DNA of 64,000 bases from an uncultured Alphaproteobacteria bacterium (GTDB taxonomy: Bacteria > Pseudomonadota > Alphaproteobacteria > HIMB59 > GCA-002718135). Positions 1 through 9,139 of the stretch are shown piece by piece. The translations under genes and the position numbers were made by a program. The stretch spans positions 300 through 64,299 of the forward strand of contig CACGRD010000003.1 of assembly GCA_902575375.1 (NCBI GenBank). The letters are read 5' to 3'. The number at the start of each line of letters is the position of its first letter. Positions within the stretch are counted from its first letter, which is position 1. Below the pieces are notes generated by a model. The model was not told the origin of the DNA. It made no database searches and was given only the letters and a program-made list of their open reading frames with translations.

Positions 1-519
1 ATACTTGGAGCCTTATCTGAAAAAGGTGCTGATATTAAACAATTACTAAGTCTAGGAAAACAAATTGTTGATAATACAAGAACATTATCAGTTGCAATAA
101 GCCCTGGCACATCTCCAATTACTGGAGAAAAAATTTTCTCAATTAAAGAAGATGAAATTTTTATAGGAATGGGTGTTCATGGAGAGTCTGGATATGGTAG
201 GCAAAAAATTCAACCATCTAAAAAAATTATTTCATTTATGTTAGATAAAATGTTTGATGATTTTAATTACAAATCGGGTGATATAGTTATACCATTTGTT
301 AATGGATCAGGGTCTACAACTTTAATGGAATTATTAATAATATTTAATGATTTAGAAGAATATTTATCAAAATATAATATTCAAATATTTAAACCTTTAA
401 TTAATGAATACATCACAACTCAAGATAGTGGAGGATTTTCTATATCTTTACTAAATTCTAGTGAAGAAATGAGAAAATTATGGCTGGAGCCTTCATCAGT
501 TCCTTATTTTCACTTGTGA
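1..519 (+). CDS. dihydroxyacetone kinase DhaK (Dak1) domain protein, C-terminal part; 5' end lies outside the window
   Basis: Frame 1 is open from nt 1. The segment GMGVHGESG resembles the DhaK G-x-G-I-H-G-E-P-G loop. The stop TGA at 517-519 overlaps the next ATG (TGATG). Confidence 0.6.
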   Translation: MLGALSEKGADIKQLLSLGKQIVDNTRTLSVAISPGTSPITGEKIFSIKEDEIFIGMGVHGESGYGRQKIQPSKKIISFMLDKMFDDFNYKSGDIVIPFVNGSGSTTLMELLIIFNDLEEYLSKYNIQIFKPLINEYITTQDSGGFSISLLNSSEEMRKLWLEPSSVPYFHL

Positions 520-1442
520 TGTATCAAAAAGAATTAATTAATGATGTCTTAATTAATAAAAAGTTTTTTGCATTAGCAATAGACCAGGGAACGAGTCTAA
601 AAGAAATTATAAATCAAAAAAAAAATAATTTTAAAGACGAGGATTATTTTTTTTTTAAAAAAAACATAATAGAAATATTAGGATCAAATCTTTCAGCTGT
701 TTTATTTGATTTTGATACATATGAAAAACATGAGAAGTTTAAAAATTTAAATATACCAAAAATTATTGCATATGAAGATGATGCTTATAACATTGATAAT
801 GTTGAAAGAATTACTAAACTACCAAGTAATAAATCAATAGATAAAACAATAGATGATTTTAAGGCAATTAAATTTTTTATGTATTATAATCCAGACTCTC
901 CTCAAGAAATAAACAATAAAAAAAATATTTTAATAAAAAAAATAGGAAAAATGTGTTTAAATTTAAATAAACCATTTTTATTTGAGCCCTTATTGTACAA
1001 TGATCCTTTAACCAAAAACTCTAATGAAAAATATAATAAGAAAAAGCATGAATATATAAAATATTTTTACTCTGAATTTTCTAAACCAGAATATAATGTT
1101 AGCATTATTAAAATCGAGTTTCCTTTTAATGAAAGTATTATAGATGATTATAATAACGTTAATACAATTAGTTATTGTGAAGAAATATTATTGAATACAT
1201 TTGGTAAAACAATGAAGCCATTTGTATTTTTGAGTGCTGGAATGAAATTTAGTAATTTTTATAAATCAATGTCTATTTCAATGAAATTAAACATTAATTG
1301 CCTTGGTTTTTTATGTGGAAGATCTTTATGGCAAGATTCAATTGATATATTTTGCAATCAATCAAAAACTGAATTTATTAAATGGTTAGAAAATCAAGGT
1401 TTGGAGAGAGTTGAAAAACTTAAATCGACTTTAGATTTATAA
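519..1442 (+). CDS. class I aldolase of the LacD / tagatose-1,6-bisphosphate aldolase (YihT-like) family
   Basis: Blocks align by eye to LacD: ALAIDQGTSLK, IKFFMYYNPDSPQEIN, PFLFEPLLY, IIKIEFP (Schiff-base Lys region), FLSAGM, GFLCGRSLWQ. I moved the start to ATG 519, which is coupled to the upstream stop. Confidence 0.75.
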   Translation: MYQKELINDVLINKKFFALAIDQGTSLKEIINQKKNNFKDEDYFFFKKNIIEILGSNLSAVLFDFDTYEKHEKFKNLNIPKIIAYEDDAYNIDNVERITKLPSNKSIDKTIDDFKAIKFFMYYNPDSPQEINNKKNILIKKIGKMCLNLNKPFLFEPLLYNDPLTKNSNEKYNKKKHEYIKYFYSEFSKPEYNVSIIKIEFPFNESIIDDYNNVNTISYCEEILLNTFGKTMKPFVFLSAGMKFSNFYKSMSISMKLNINCLGFLCGRSLWQDSIDIFCNQSKTEFIKWLENQGLERVEKLKSTLDL

Positions 1443-1456
1443 ATAAGGAGATAGTT

Positions 1457-2332
1457 ATGAAAAAAATTGGATTTATTGGAATAGGTACAATGGGTTTACC
1501 GATGGCCTCTAATATTATTAACAAAGGTTATAGTTTATCCTTTTATGATCCTTTTGTTAATTCTGAGTCAGTTAATACTTTAGAAAAACTAGGAGGTATC
1601 CAAAAAAAAAGTTTATCAGAATTATCACAAGATGTTGAAATAATCATTACTATGTTGCCAAATGGAAACAATGTGAAAGAAGTATGTTTTGGTAAAAATG
1701 GTTTGATTTATCAAGATAATAAAAATTTTGTATTAATTGATATGAGTACAATCAATCCTAATGATTCTATTTTTATTAATGAGGAGCTAAATAAAAATAA
1801 CATAAAAATGTTTGATGCACCTGTTGCAAGATTAGTACAGAATGCAATTGATGGTACTCTTTTAATAATGGTAGGTGGTAATAAAGATGAATTTAAGAAT
1901 ATAAAAAATTTATTAGAAACTATGGGAAGCGATATAGTTTATTGTGGTGAAAATGGCTCAGGTAGTAAAATGAAAATTATAAATAACTACATGTCCATTG
2001 CCTTAAATATATTGACAGCAGAAACTTTAAATTTAGCTGATAAATCAGGTATAGACAAAAAAATGGCTATTGAATTAATGCTCACAACTGCAGCCGGGAA
2101 GGGACACATGAATTTGACATATCCTGCTAAAGTTTTTAAAGACGATGTATCCCCAGGTTTTAAAAATAATTTAGCATTAAAAGATTTACGTCTTGCTATT
2201 CAATTTGCATCTGAGCAAAGTTTAGATCTAAATATGGGTAAGGCAGCAGAGAAAATTTATGATGATGCTTCAAAAAAAGAATTTGGAGATCTAGATTGGA
2301 CATCAATGTTTAATTTTATTAAAAATAAATGA
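1457..2332 (+). CDS. NAD(P)-dependent beta-hydroxyacid dehydrogenase (3-hydroxyisobutyrate dehydrogenase / GarR / YihU family)
   Basis: N-terminal Rossmann motif KIGFIGIGTMGLPMA. Length of 291 aa and the SGSKMKIINN block are typical of the family. An AAGGAG-like RBS lies upstream. Confidence 0.8.
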   Translation: MKKIGFIGIGTMGLPMASNIINKGYSLSFYDPFVNSESVNTLEKLGGIQKKSLSELSQDVEIIITMLPNGNNVKEVCFGKNGLIYQDNKNFVLIDMSTINPNDSIFINEELNKNNIKMFDAPVARLVQNAIDGTLLIMVGGNKDEFKNIKNLLETMGSDIVYCGENGSGSKMKIINNYMSIALNILTAETLNLADKSGIDKKMAIELMLTTAAGKGHMNLTYPAKVFKDDVSPGFKNNLALKDLRLAIQFASEQSLDLNMGKAAEKIYDDASKKEFGDLDWTSMFNFIKNK

Positions 2333-3456
2333 TCAAAATAACAAATATCAAAATTTATTTATTAAAATATAAAAACAAAAATCCTGTACTTTCTTCTTTT
2401 GGTAATATCAAATTTAGATCCTCTTTAGTTATAGAAATTCATGATGAAAATAATAATAATGGGATAGGGGAAATATGGTGTAATTTTCCAAATCACGGCG
2501 GTAGATATAGATTTGAAATTTTAAAAGACTATTTCATTGATTTTTTAATTAATTTTCAATTTGAAGACCCCACAAGTGTTAAAAAATTTTTAACAGAAAA
2601 ATTTAATTCAATTAAAAATCAAACAGGTGACTTTGGTGCTTTTGAAAACATTTTTTCTGGCATCGATTGTGCTGCATGGGATCTTTTTTCTAAAATTAAA
2701 AAAAAACCATTAAACAAATTAATTAATGATCAATCCAAAAATAAAATTAAAGTTTATGCAAGTGGGATAAACAGAGATGAACACTTAGAAAGAATTCAAG
2801 AAGCCCGTCTTTTGGGCATAGATAGATTTAAAGTTAAAATTGGTTTTAATATTTTAGAAGACATTAAAGCGATAACTTCTATTGAAGAAACTATAGAATC
2901 TAATGAAAAATATATGTTAGATGTTAACCAGGCTTGGAGCTTAGATAATGTTCATGAAAATATTAGTAAATTAAAAAATTTCAATTATTTGTGGTTAGAA
3001 GAACCTATATCTGCAAACCATTCAATATCTGAAATAGTTCAATTAAACAAATTACACAAAAATTTAGCATTTGGTGAAAATCTAATTTATTTAAAAAAAT
3101 TTTATGATTTAGATAATGATACACAAATACAGTTTTTACAACCAGATTTAGCACGTTATGGAGGTATCACTGACATCTTAGATTTAGGTAAAAATATTAA
3201 AAAAAATAAAATATGGTTACATTATTTGGGAGGAGCTATTGGTTTAATTTCTTCAGCTCATATTATGTCAGCTTTAAACCCTGATGGATATTTAGAATAT
3301 GATATTAATGAAAATGAACTCAGAACAAAAATAGTAAATCCATCATTTCAAATTATTAACGGTTATCTAGAATTAAATGAAAATTATGGAATTGGTTTTC
3401 AGATATCTGACAATTTAAATCAATTTATTGATCAATTTTATGAATACAGAAATTAA
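2329..3456 (+). CDS. enolase-superfamily enzyme (mandelate racemase / muconate lactonizing enzyme family)
   Basis: Blocks FKVKIG, LDVNQAWS, WLEEP, FGEN and QPDLARYGGIT are present. An ATGA overlap joins it to the upstream gene. Confidence 0.8.
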   Translation: MIKITNIKIYLLKYKNKNPVLSSFGNIKFRSSLVIEIHDENNNNGIGEIWCNFPNHGGRYRFEILKDYFIDFLINFQFEDPTSVKKFLTEKFNSIKNQTGDFGAFENIFSGIDCAAWDLFSKIKKKPLNKLINDQSKNKIKVYASGINRDEHLERIQEARLLGIDRFKVKIGFNILEDIKAITSIEETIESNEKYMLDVNQAWSLDNVHENISKLKNFNYLWLEEPISANHSISEIVQLNKLHKNLAFGENLIYLKKFYDLDNDTQIQFLQPDLARYGGITDILDLGKNIKKNKIWLHYLGGAIGLISSAHIMSALNPDGYLEYDINENELRTKIVNPSFQIINGYLELNENYGIGFQISDNLNQFIDQFYEYRN

Positions 3457-3826
3457 AGTTTATTACGAAGATACCGATGCCTCTGAAAGAGTTTATTATG
3501 CAAATTATCTAAAATTTCTTGAAAGAGGAAGAACAGATTACTTATATAACTTAGGCTTCACTCACAGAAATATACTAGAAAAATATAAATTCTATTTTGT
3601 AGTAAAGAATTGCAAGATAGACTATAAAAAGCCAGCATACTTTGAGGATATTTTAAAAATTACTACAAAAATTATAAACATTTCTAAAGTAAAAATATTG
3701 TTTCATCAGCAAATCAAAAAGAACGAAGAATTATTGGTTGATTCGGAAATATTAATTACTCCAGTTTTTTTTAATGGTAAAATTGCAAAAATTCCCAATG
3801 AAATGCTAGAAAAATTTTCGACATAA
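3440..3826 (+). CDS. hotdog-fold acyl-CoA thioesterase (YbgC / 4HBT family)
   Basis: VYYEDTDASERVYYANYLKFLERGRTDYL is the family signature. I chose the ATG at 3440 (MNTEIK...); the track ORF starts at 3428. Confidence 0.8.
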   Translation: MNTEIKVYYEDTDASERVYYANYLKFLERGRTDYLYNLGFTHRNILEKYKFYFVVKNCKIDYKKPAYFEDILKITTKIINISKVKILFHQQIKKNEELLVDSEILITPVFFNGKIAKIPNEMLEKFST

Positions 3827-3878
3827 TTTTCAGAATAATATATTTTTTTTTCGGTAAACAAATGATAGTTATTTTTAC

Positions 3879-4715
3879 ATGGGAATTGTAACTGATGTAA
3901 TTTTACCTCTATCTTTAGCATTTATTATGTTTTCTCTTGGTTTGGGATTATCACTTTCAGATTTTACTAGAGTTTTTTTTAAACCGCGAGATTTTTTAAT
4001 AGGTTTATTTTTTCAGGTAATTATTTTACCTATAGTAGCACTTATTATTGTATTCTTTTGGCCATTAACACCTGAGCTTGCAATTGGAGTGATGATCCTA
4101 GCAGCAGCTCCTGGAGGAGTTACAAGTAATGTTCTAACATCTTATGCAAGAGGAAACATCGCTTTATCTATTTCATTAACAGCTATAAATAGCATTCTTT
4201 GTGTTATTACTGTTCCAGTAATTTTAATTATTTCATTATCATTTCTGGGTTATGGCGGCTTCAATGAAGGTCAATCATTATTAAACGTCGCTTTTCAAAT
4301 GTTTTTAATTGTAACTATTCCCGTAATTTTGGGTGTTTTACTAAGTGGCTTCTTATCCAGTTTTGAGAAAATTGCTAAAAATATTTCTATTGTCTTATTT
4401 GCTTTAGTACTTCTTGGTGCGATTGTTTCTCAAAGAGAAAATGTTGTTAGTTATTTTGCTCAAGCCGGTTTGGTTATGTTATTTCTCAATGTGATAATGA
4501 TGATAATTGTTTATTTTCTCTCAAGATCTTTTAATGCATCTAAAGAAACTTTCAGATGTTGGTTAATGGAAGTGGGGCTACAAAATGGAACTTTAGCAAT
4601 TGTAGTAGCTAATACTTTCTTTGCAAGTACGGTTTATTTGATACCTGCTGCTATTTATAGCCTAATAATGTATGCAACAGCTCTACCATTAATATATTTC
4701 TTAAGAAGAAATTAA
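3879..4715 (+). CDS. bile acid:Na+ symporter (BASS/SBF) family transporter
   Basis: Polytopic membrane protein with the LAAAPGGVTSNVLT block typical of SBF-like transporters. Confidence 0.7.
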   Translation: MGIVTDVILPLSLAFIMFSLGLGLSLSDFTRVFFKPRDFLIGLFFQVIILPIVALIIVFFWPLTPELAIGVMILAAAPGGVTSNVLTSYARGNIALSISLTAINSILCVITVPVILIISLSFLGYGGFNEGQSLLNVAFQMFLIVTIPVILGVLLSGFLSSFEKIAKNISIVLFALVLLGAIVSQRENVVSYFAQAGLVMLFLNVIMMIIVYFLSRSFNASKETFRCWLMEVGLQNGTLAIVVANTFFASTVYLIPAAIYSLIMYATALPLIYFLRRN

Positions 4716-5495
4716 GACTGGAAAAGTTTCACTATCTAAAACCTCATTATTTTTTAGATTAATATTTGGAAATGGAGGAGACATTTCACCTTTCCTCTTT
4801 ATATATCTTGCATCATCACCAGTAAATCTAACTGAAAAAGCTCTTCTTCTATTATTTGAATTATTACCATATGCAGCATGAATTGTTGCATAATTAAATG
4901 CTATGGCGTCACCTAATTCACATTCATAGGATATAATTTCATAATCTTTTCTATTATTTTCAATATCTGGAATTTTTTCAAATTCTTTATCTTTATGCTC
5001 ATAATCATTACCTTTAAATTTTGTAGGTAAAAATATTTTATCCCATTTATGTGACCCTAGTATGAATTCCATTGACGAATTAATATCAATTTTATCAAGT
5101 GGTATCCAAATACTTACATTATCTCTTCCTTGTACACAGTAATACCCCTGGTCTTGATGCCAAGGTGTTCTTTTTTTTGATCCTTTTTCTTTTATTAAAA
5201 CATGCTCATGGAATAAATTTACTTTATTAGATTGCATTAATGAAGCAGCAATTTTCGCAATATCAGAATTAAAAATAAAATTTTTATACTCTTTTATTCT
5301 TTGCCAATTACAATAATCATCATAAAATATCTCTTGATTATCTGATTCTTCATAAACACATTTATATTTACTTGGGTTTTGAAAATTATACTCAATACCT
5401 TTTCTTAATTCTTCAATCCATTTTTGATCAATAATTTTTTTCAGTAACACAACTCCATTATTTTGAAATTCATTACTTATTTTTTTATCAATCAT
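4701..5495 (-). CDS. phytanoyl-CoA dioxygenase (PhyH) family Fe(II)/2OG oxygenase
   Basis: WHQDQGYY (His-x-Asp) plus a distal His in ATIHAAYGN. The 264-aa length fits the family. Confidence 0.7.
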   Translation of the reverse strand: MIDKKISNEFQNNGVVLLKKIIDQKWIEELRKGIEYNFQNPSKYKCVYEESDNQEIFYDDYCNWQRIKEYKNFIFNSDIAKIAASLMQSNKVNLFHEHVLIKEKGSKKRTPWHQDQGYYCVQGRDNVSIWIPLDKIDINSSMEFILGSHKWDKIFLPTKFKGNDYEHKDKEFEKIPDIENNRKDYEIISYECELGDAIAFNYATIHAAYGNNSNNRRRAFSVRFTGDDARYIKRKGEMSPPFPNINLKNNEVLDSETFPVLISS

Positions 5496-6257
5496 TTAAT
5501 CTTTAATTCTATATCCTTTTGAAAATGTATAAGTAATAAATATTATGCATCCAATTAGAATTGTCAAAATAGTTAATGTACTTGTGAATAGTGATACATC
5601 AGAAACCTCGTAAAAACTATATCTGAAACCACTTATTAAATATAAAACAGGATTAAGTAAGGATATTTTCTGCCAAAATTCTGGAAGCATATTAATAGAA
5701 TAAAAACTCCCTCCTAAGAAAACTAATGGTGTAATTATTAGAATTGGAATAATTTGCAATCCTTCAAAACCTTCAGCGTACATTCCAATTATAAAACCAA
5801 ATAAAGCAAATGTAATGGATGTTAGAATTAAAAAAAACATCATGAGAAGAGGGTGATCTATTCTTACATCTACAAAAAAATTAGCTGTTAGAATAATTAC
5901 ACATCCAATTATTAATGATTTGGATGCTGCTGCTCCTACAAAACCAAGTACTATCTCAAATGATGATAATGGTGCAGCAAGTATTTCATAGATAGTATTT
6001 GTAAATCTTGGAAAATAAAAAGCAAAAGAAGCATTTGAAATTGATTGGGTTAAGATAGTTAACATAATCATTCCTGGTACGATATAAGAGCCATAATTTA
6101 TTCCATCTATCTCTGTAATTCTTGAACCAATTGCAGACCCAAAAACTACAAAGTAAAGAGAAGTTGTAATTATTGGCGAGGCAAGACTTTGAAATAAGGT
6201 TCTTCTAAACCTTTCCATTTCATGAATATATATTGCTTTAATTCCGTACCAATTCAT
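5496..6257 (-). CDS. ABC-2 type exporter permease
   Basis: Six-TM profile, and a 20-nt overlap with the upstream ABC ATPase gene. Confidence 0.75.
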   Translation of the reverse strand: MNWYGIKAIYIHEMERFRRTLFQSLASPIITTSLYFVVFGSAIGSRITEIDGINYGSYIVPGMIMLTILTQSISNASFAFYFPRFTNTIYEILAAPLSSFEIVLGFVGAAASKSLIIGCVIILTANFFVDVRIDHPLLMMFFLILTSITFALFGFIIGMYAEGFEGLQIIPILIITPLVFLGGSFYSINMLPEFWQKISLLNPVLYLISGFRYSFYEVSDVSLFTSTLTILTILIGCIIFITYTFSKGYRIKD

Positions 6258-7182
6258 TATTATTTTCCTTTATTAATTTAATGAAAATCTCTTCTAGTGA
6301 ACTTTGTTCAGTATTAATATCTTTTATTTCATAACCATCTTTTTTTACATCATTTAATAGTTCAGTAATATCAGTTGTGTTTGAGTTTAAATTATAAGTA
6401 TGTGAGATAATTTTATTTGTTTGATCTAAAGTAAAATTATATTTTGATAAATTACCATTTATTTTTTCTATAGGTTCAAATAATTCAATTTTAATAGTTT
6501 TTTCTCCAAGTTTTTTAATTAATTTATCTTTTTCATCGACTAAAATTATTTTACCATCGTTTATAACTGCCACTCTATCACTTAACTCTTCAGCTTCTTC
6601 AATATAATGTGTTGTTAAAATAATTGTTACTCCATTTTCATTTAATTTTTTAACAACATCCCACATGTCTTTGCGTAATTCAACATCCACACTAGCTGTT
6701 GGTTCATCTAAAAATAATAATTTAGGCTGGTGAGATAAAGCTTTAGCTATCAGAACCCTTCTTTTCATTCCACCTGAAAGTTCTTTAATTTTATTATCTT
6801 TTTTGTCCCATAAGGATAGTTGTTTTAAAAGCTTTTCTATATAATTATGATCAGGCTTCTTACCAAAAAGACCTCTAGAATAATTAACATTGTTCCAGAC
6901 GGTTTCAAAAGATTCAAGATTTAATTCTTGAGGAACAATACCTGTCATTTTTCTAGTAGTTCGATAATTTTTAACAATATCCATATTATTTATTTTTATT
7001 GTTCCTGTATTAAAATTTACAATTCCACAAATTGAGTTTATCAAAGTTGATTTTCCTGCACCATTTGGTCCAAGTAGAGCAAATATTTCTCCTTCTTTAA
7101 TATTAAGATTTACATTTTCTAATGCTTTAACTGAATTTTTATAAAATTTAGTTACATTATTTATCTCAAGTATATTTTTCAT
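6238..7182 (-). CDS. ABC transporter ATP-binding protein (ABC-2 / YadG-like)
   Basis: Walker A GPNGAGKST, signature LSGGMKRR and Walker B LLFLDEPT. Confidence 0.9.
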   Translation of the reverse strand: MKNILEINNVTKFYKNSVKALENVNLNIKEGEIFALLGPNGAGKSTLINSICGIVNFNTGTIKINNMDIVKNYRTTRKMTGIVPQELNLESFETVWNNVNYSRGLFGKKPDHNYIEKLLKQLSLWDKKDNKIKELSGGMKRRVLIAKALSHQPKLLFLDEPTASVDVELRKDMWDVVKKLNENGVTIILTTHYIEEAEELSDRVAVINDGKIILVDEKDKLIKKLGEKTIKIELFEPIEKINGNLSKYNFTLDQTNKIISHTYNLNSNTTDITELLNDVKKDGYEIKDINTEQSSLEEIFIKLIKENNNELVRN

Positions 7183-7185
7183 AAT

Positions 7186-8364
7186 TTAAATTTTTGTAAT
7201 TAGATTTGGAATATTTTGTTTAAATTTGAAATAACCTTTTTTTGAAAAAATCCAACTATTAACATCATATTTTCTATTAAAAATTATAAAATTAATTGAT
7301 GGGTATTTTGTAATTATTTTTTTATAAATTTTTTTCCAATTTCCCTTAGTTACATAGGGTAAATATATTTCTTGAATTTGAAATTTTTCTATCCATTTAT
7401 CTAAATTTTCAAAATAACTTTCAAATTGAATATCAATTTTAATATTTTTATAAAAATCATCATCACTGAAACATGAAATACAAATACTTTTTATATGTTT
7501 AATTATTTTTTCAGAGAAATTGTGATCATTATAATCTTCTAGTGGCAAACCTGTAAAAACATTCACTTTTTTATGATTTAAATCTTTTAGAATATTTAAT
7601 TCATCAGTTGGTATTATAATATATTTTATCTCTTCAAGATTATAATCAGAATTTAAATTTAGTTCATTTACATTATAAATTTTTTCTTCAATTAAAGGAT
7701 TTGCATTTTCATTTAAAATTTCATTATCTGATATTTCAATATTACTATATTTTTCTATATTACTTTTTCTTGCCAAATAATTTTTACCTTTAGTCTGTAT
7801 ACCAGCAACCCATCTCCATGATAGAGTATTAGATGCTGGATCGCCATCCAATAAATGCTGCATAAAAAAATCTGCTCCAAGTTGCCAAGGTAAATTAAGA
7901 GTAAAAATCCAAATTGAAGCAAACCACATTCTTACATGGTTATGTAAGTATCCATTTTCTTTAAGATTATTTATCCAATTATTAAAAAATGATAGGTTTG
8001 TATTTCCAGTAATTGCATTTAAATAAAATTTTTTATTACCAAATTCTTCAATTAATTTATTTTTATCCTCTAAATAATCAGAATAAACTGAAGGTCTATG
8101 TTCAAGCCAGCCTTTCCAATAAGTTCTCCAATAAATTTCTTGGATAAATTTCTCACATTCTCTAAGATCATATTTTTTTAAGACTTCCCCCAAAACTTGT
8201 TCTTCAGAAATTAGCCTATATCTTATGAAGGGAGATAATAGAGATGTAGTATTATTATTAGATCTGTTCTCACTGTAATTTCTATTTGCTTCATAATATT
8301 TTCCAGTTTTAGGCAAATAAGATAGGAGTTGCTTTTCAGCAAAGCTGATATTTGATTTAAACAT
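7186..8364 (-). CDS. photolyase/cryptochrome-related protein with the FAD-binding helical domain at the N-terminus
   Basis: Blocks LLSPFIRYRLIS, EIYWRTYWKGW, GYLHNHVRMWFASIW and LLDGDPASNTLSWRWVAG match the photolyase FAD-binding domain. They occupy about residues 40-215 and are followed by about 180 aa of unassigned sequence. Confidence 0.6.
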   Translation of the reverse strand: MFKSNISFAEKQLLSYLPKTGKYYEANRNYSENRSNNNTTSLLSPFIRYRLISEEQVLGEVLKKYDLRECEKFIQEIYWRTYWKGWLEHRPSVYSDYLEDKNKLIEEFGNKKFYLNAITGNTNLSFFNNWINNLKENGYLHNHVRMWFASIWIFTLNLPWQLGADFFMQHLLDGDPASNTLSWRWVAGIQTKGKNYLARKSNIEKYSNIEISDNEILNENANPLIEEKIYNVNELNLNSDYNLEEIKYIIIPTDELNILKDLNHKKVNVFTGLPLEDYNDHNFSEKIIKHIKSICISCFSDDDFYKNIKIDIQFESYFENLDKWIEKFQIQEIYLPYVTKGNWKKIYKKIITKYPSINFIIFNRKYDVNSWIFSKKGYFKFKQNIPNLITKI

Positions 8365-8375
8365 TTTAGTATTGA

Positions 8376-8762
8376 TTAATCGTCAGGTAATTTTTTAGAA
8401 CGCCTATTAAGAATTTCCATGTGACGTACTCTTAATACTACAATTGCGATAGCTAATATCAATATTGCTACAGATTCATACACATAGGCAGATGGATCAA
8501 CATCTTTTCTTTGCATAATTATCATTCTGGCAAGAGCTGTCATTGCAATGAAAAGAGGGTAGCTCATTCTTATCATTTTCGAAACCCAGTACTCTTTAAT
8601 CATTCCAATAATTTCAATATAAATAAATAGCAAAAGAATGTCCGCAAGTGTAACTTTGTAAACTGCAATCATACCTTGTATTTCCATACCAATAGCAATG
8701 ATTGTACAAACGATAAGTACTGAAAGTACAATTTTTTCTAATAACTCAAAATAACTATTCAT
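8376..8762 (-). CDS. small 4-TM membrane protein, PsiE-like
   Basis: Size and TM layout fit. The LLLFIYIEIIGMIKEY and MTALARMIIMQ blocks resemble phosphate-starvation-inducible PsiE, recalled from memory only. Confidence 0.45.
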   Translation of the reverse strand: MNSYFELLEKIVLSVLIVCTIIAIGMEIQGMIAVYKVTLADILLLFIYIEIIGMIKEYWVSKMIRMSYPLFIAMTALARMIIMQRKDVDPSAYVYESVAILILAIAIVVLRVRHMEILNRRSKKLPDD

Positions 8763-9125
8763 TTAAATTCTTTCTAATTTATTTAGTTGATTCTTGTTTT
8801 TGTAAAATAGAATTAATGCAAAAGCTTCATAAATAACCCAAGAAATCTGATATATTATTGGTTTTCTAATAATTTTTGCCAAAAAGCTGTATTTTGGTAT
8901 CTCTAACCACATTTCAATAAAAGCATCAACTCCTGAAAAAACTTTATTATTTTTTTTTGTATGTAGACGTCTTAAAAGTTCTTTTGCATTTTTATTTGTT
9001 TCTAATTTTGATTCATTTACATTATTTATGTCTATCCACTCAATATTATTCTTAGTTTTTTTATAGTGATTGATTTCAAAACTACAAATACTGCATGATT
9101 TGTTATAAAAAACTTTTGTATCCAT
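8763..9125 (-). CDS. thiol-disulfide oxidoreductase DCC (DUF393) family protein
   Basis: N-terminal CxxC (NKSCSICSFE), about 120 aa, with a hydrophobic C-terminus. Confidence 0.55.
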   Translation of the reverse strand: MDTKVFYNKSCSICSFEINHYKKTKNNIEWIDINNVNESKLETNKNAKELLRRLHTKKNNKVFSGVDAFIEMWLEIPKYSFLAKIIRKPIIYQISWVIYEAFALILFYKNKNQLNKLERI

Positions 9126-9139
9126 GATAGTTAAATAAC

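Noticed and set aside
3706-3921. Short shadow ORFs from the six-frame track that overlap confidently called genes. They are 3706-3921, 9282-9548, 10817-11056, 13262-13444, 19808-20014, 22907-23095, 31963-32157, 32330-32527, 36299-36484, 37054-37329, 37130-37324, 38028-38216, 38691-38888, 42700-42969, 43642-43896, 44204-44410, 46830-47045, 48341-48768, 53700-53966, 55096-55293, 57950-58314, 58514-58905 and 61951-62145.
   Set aside because: Each is nested in, or antisense to, a longer ORF with recognisable family motifs. All are 60-91 aa long with low-complexity translations and no RBS.
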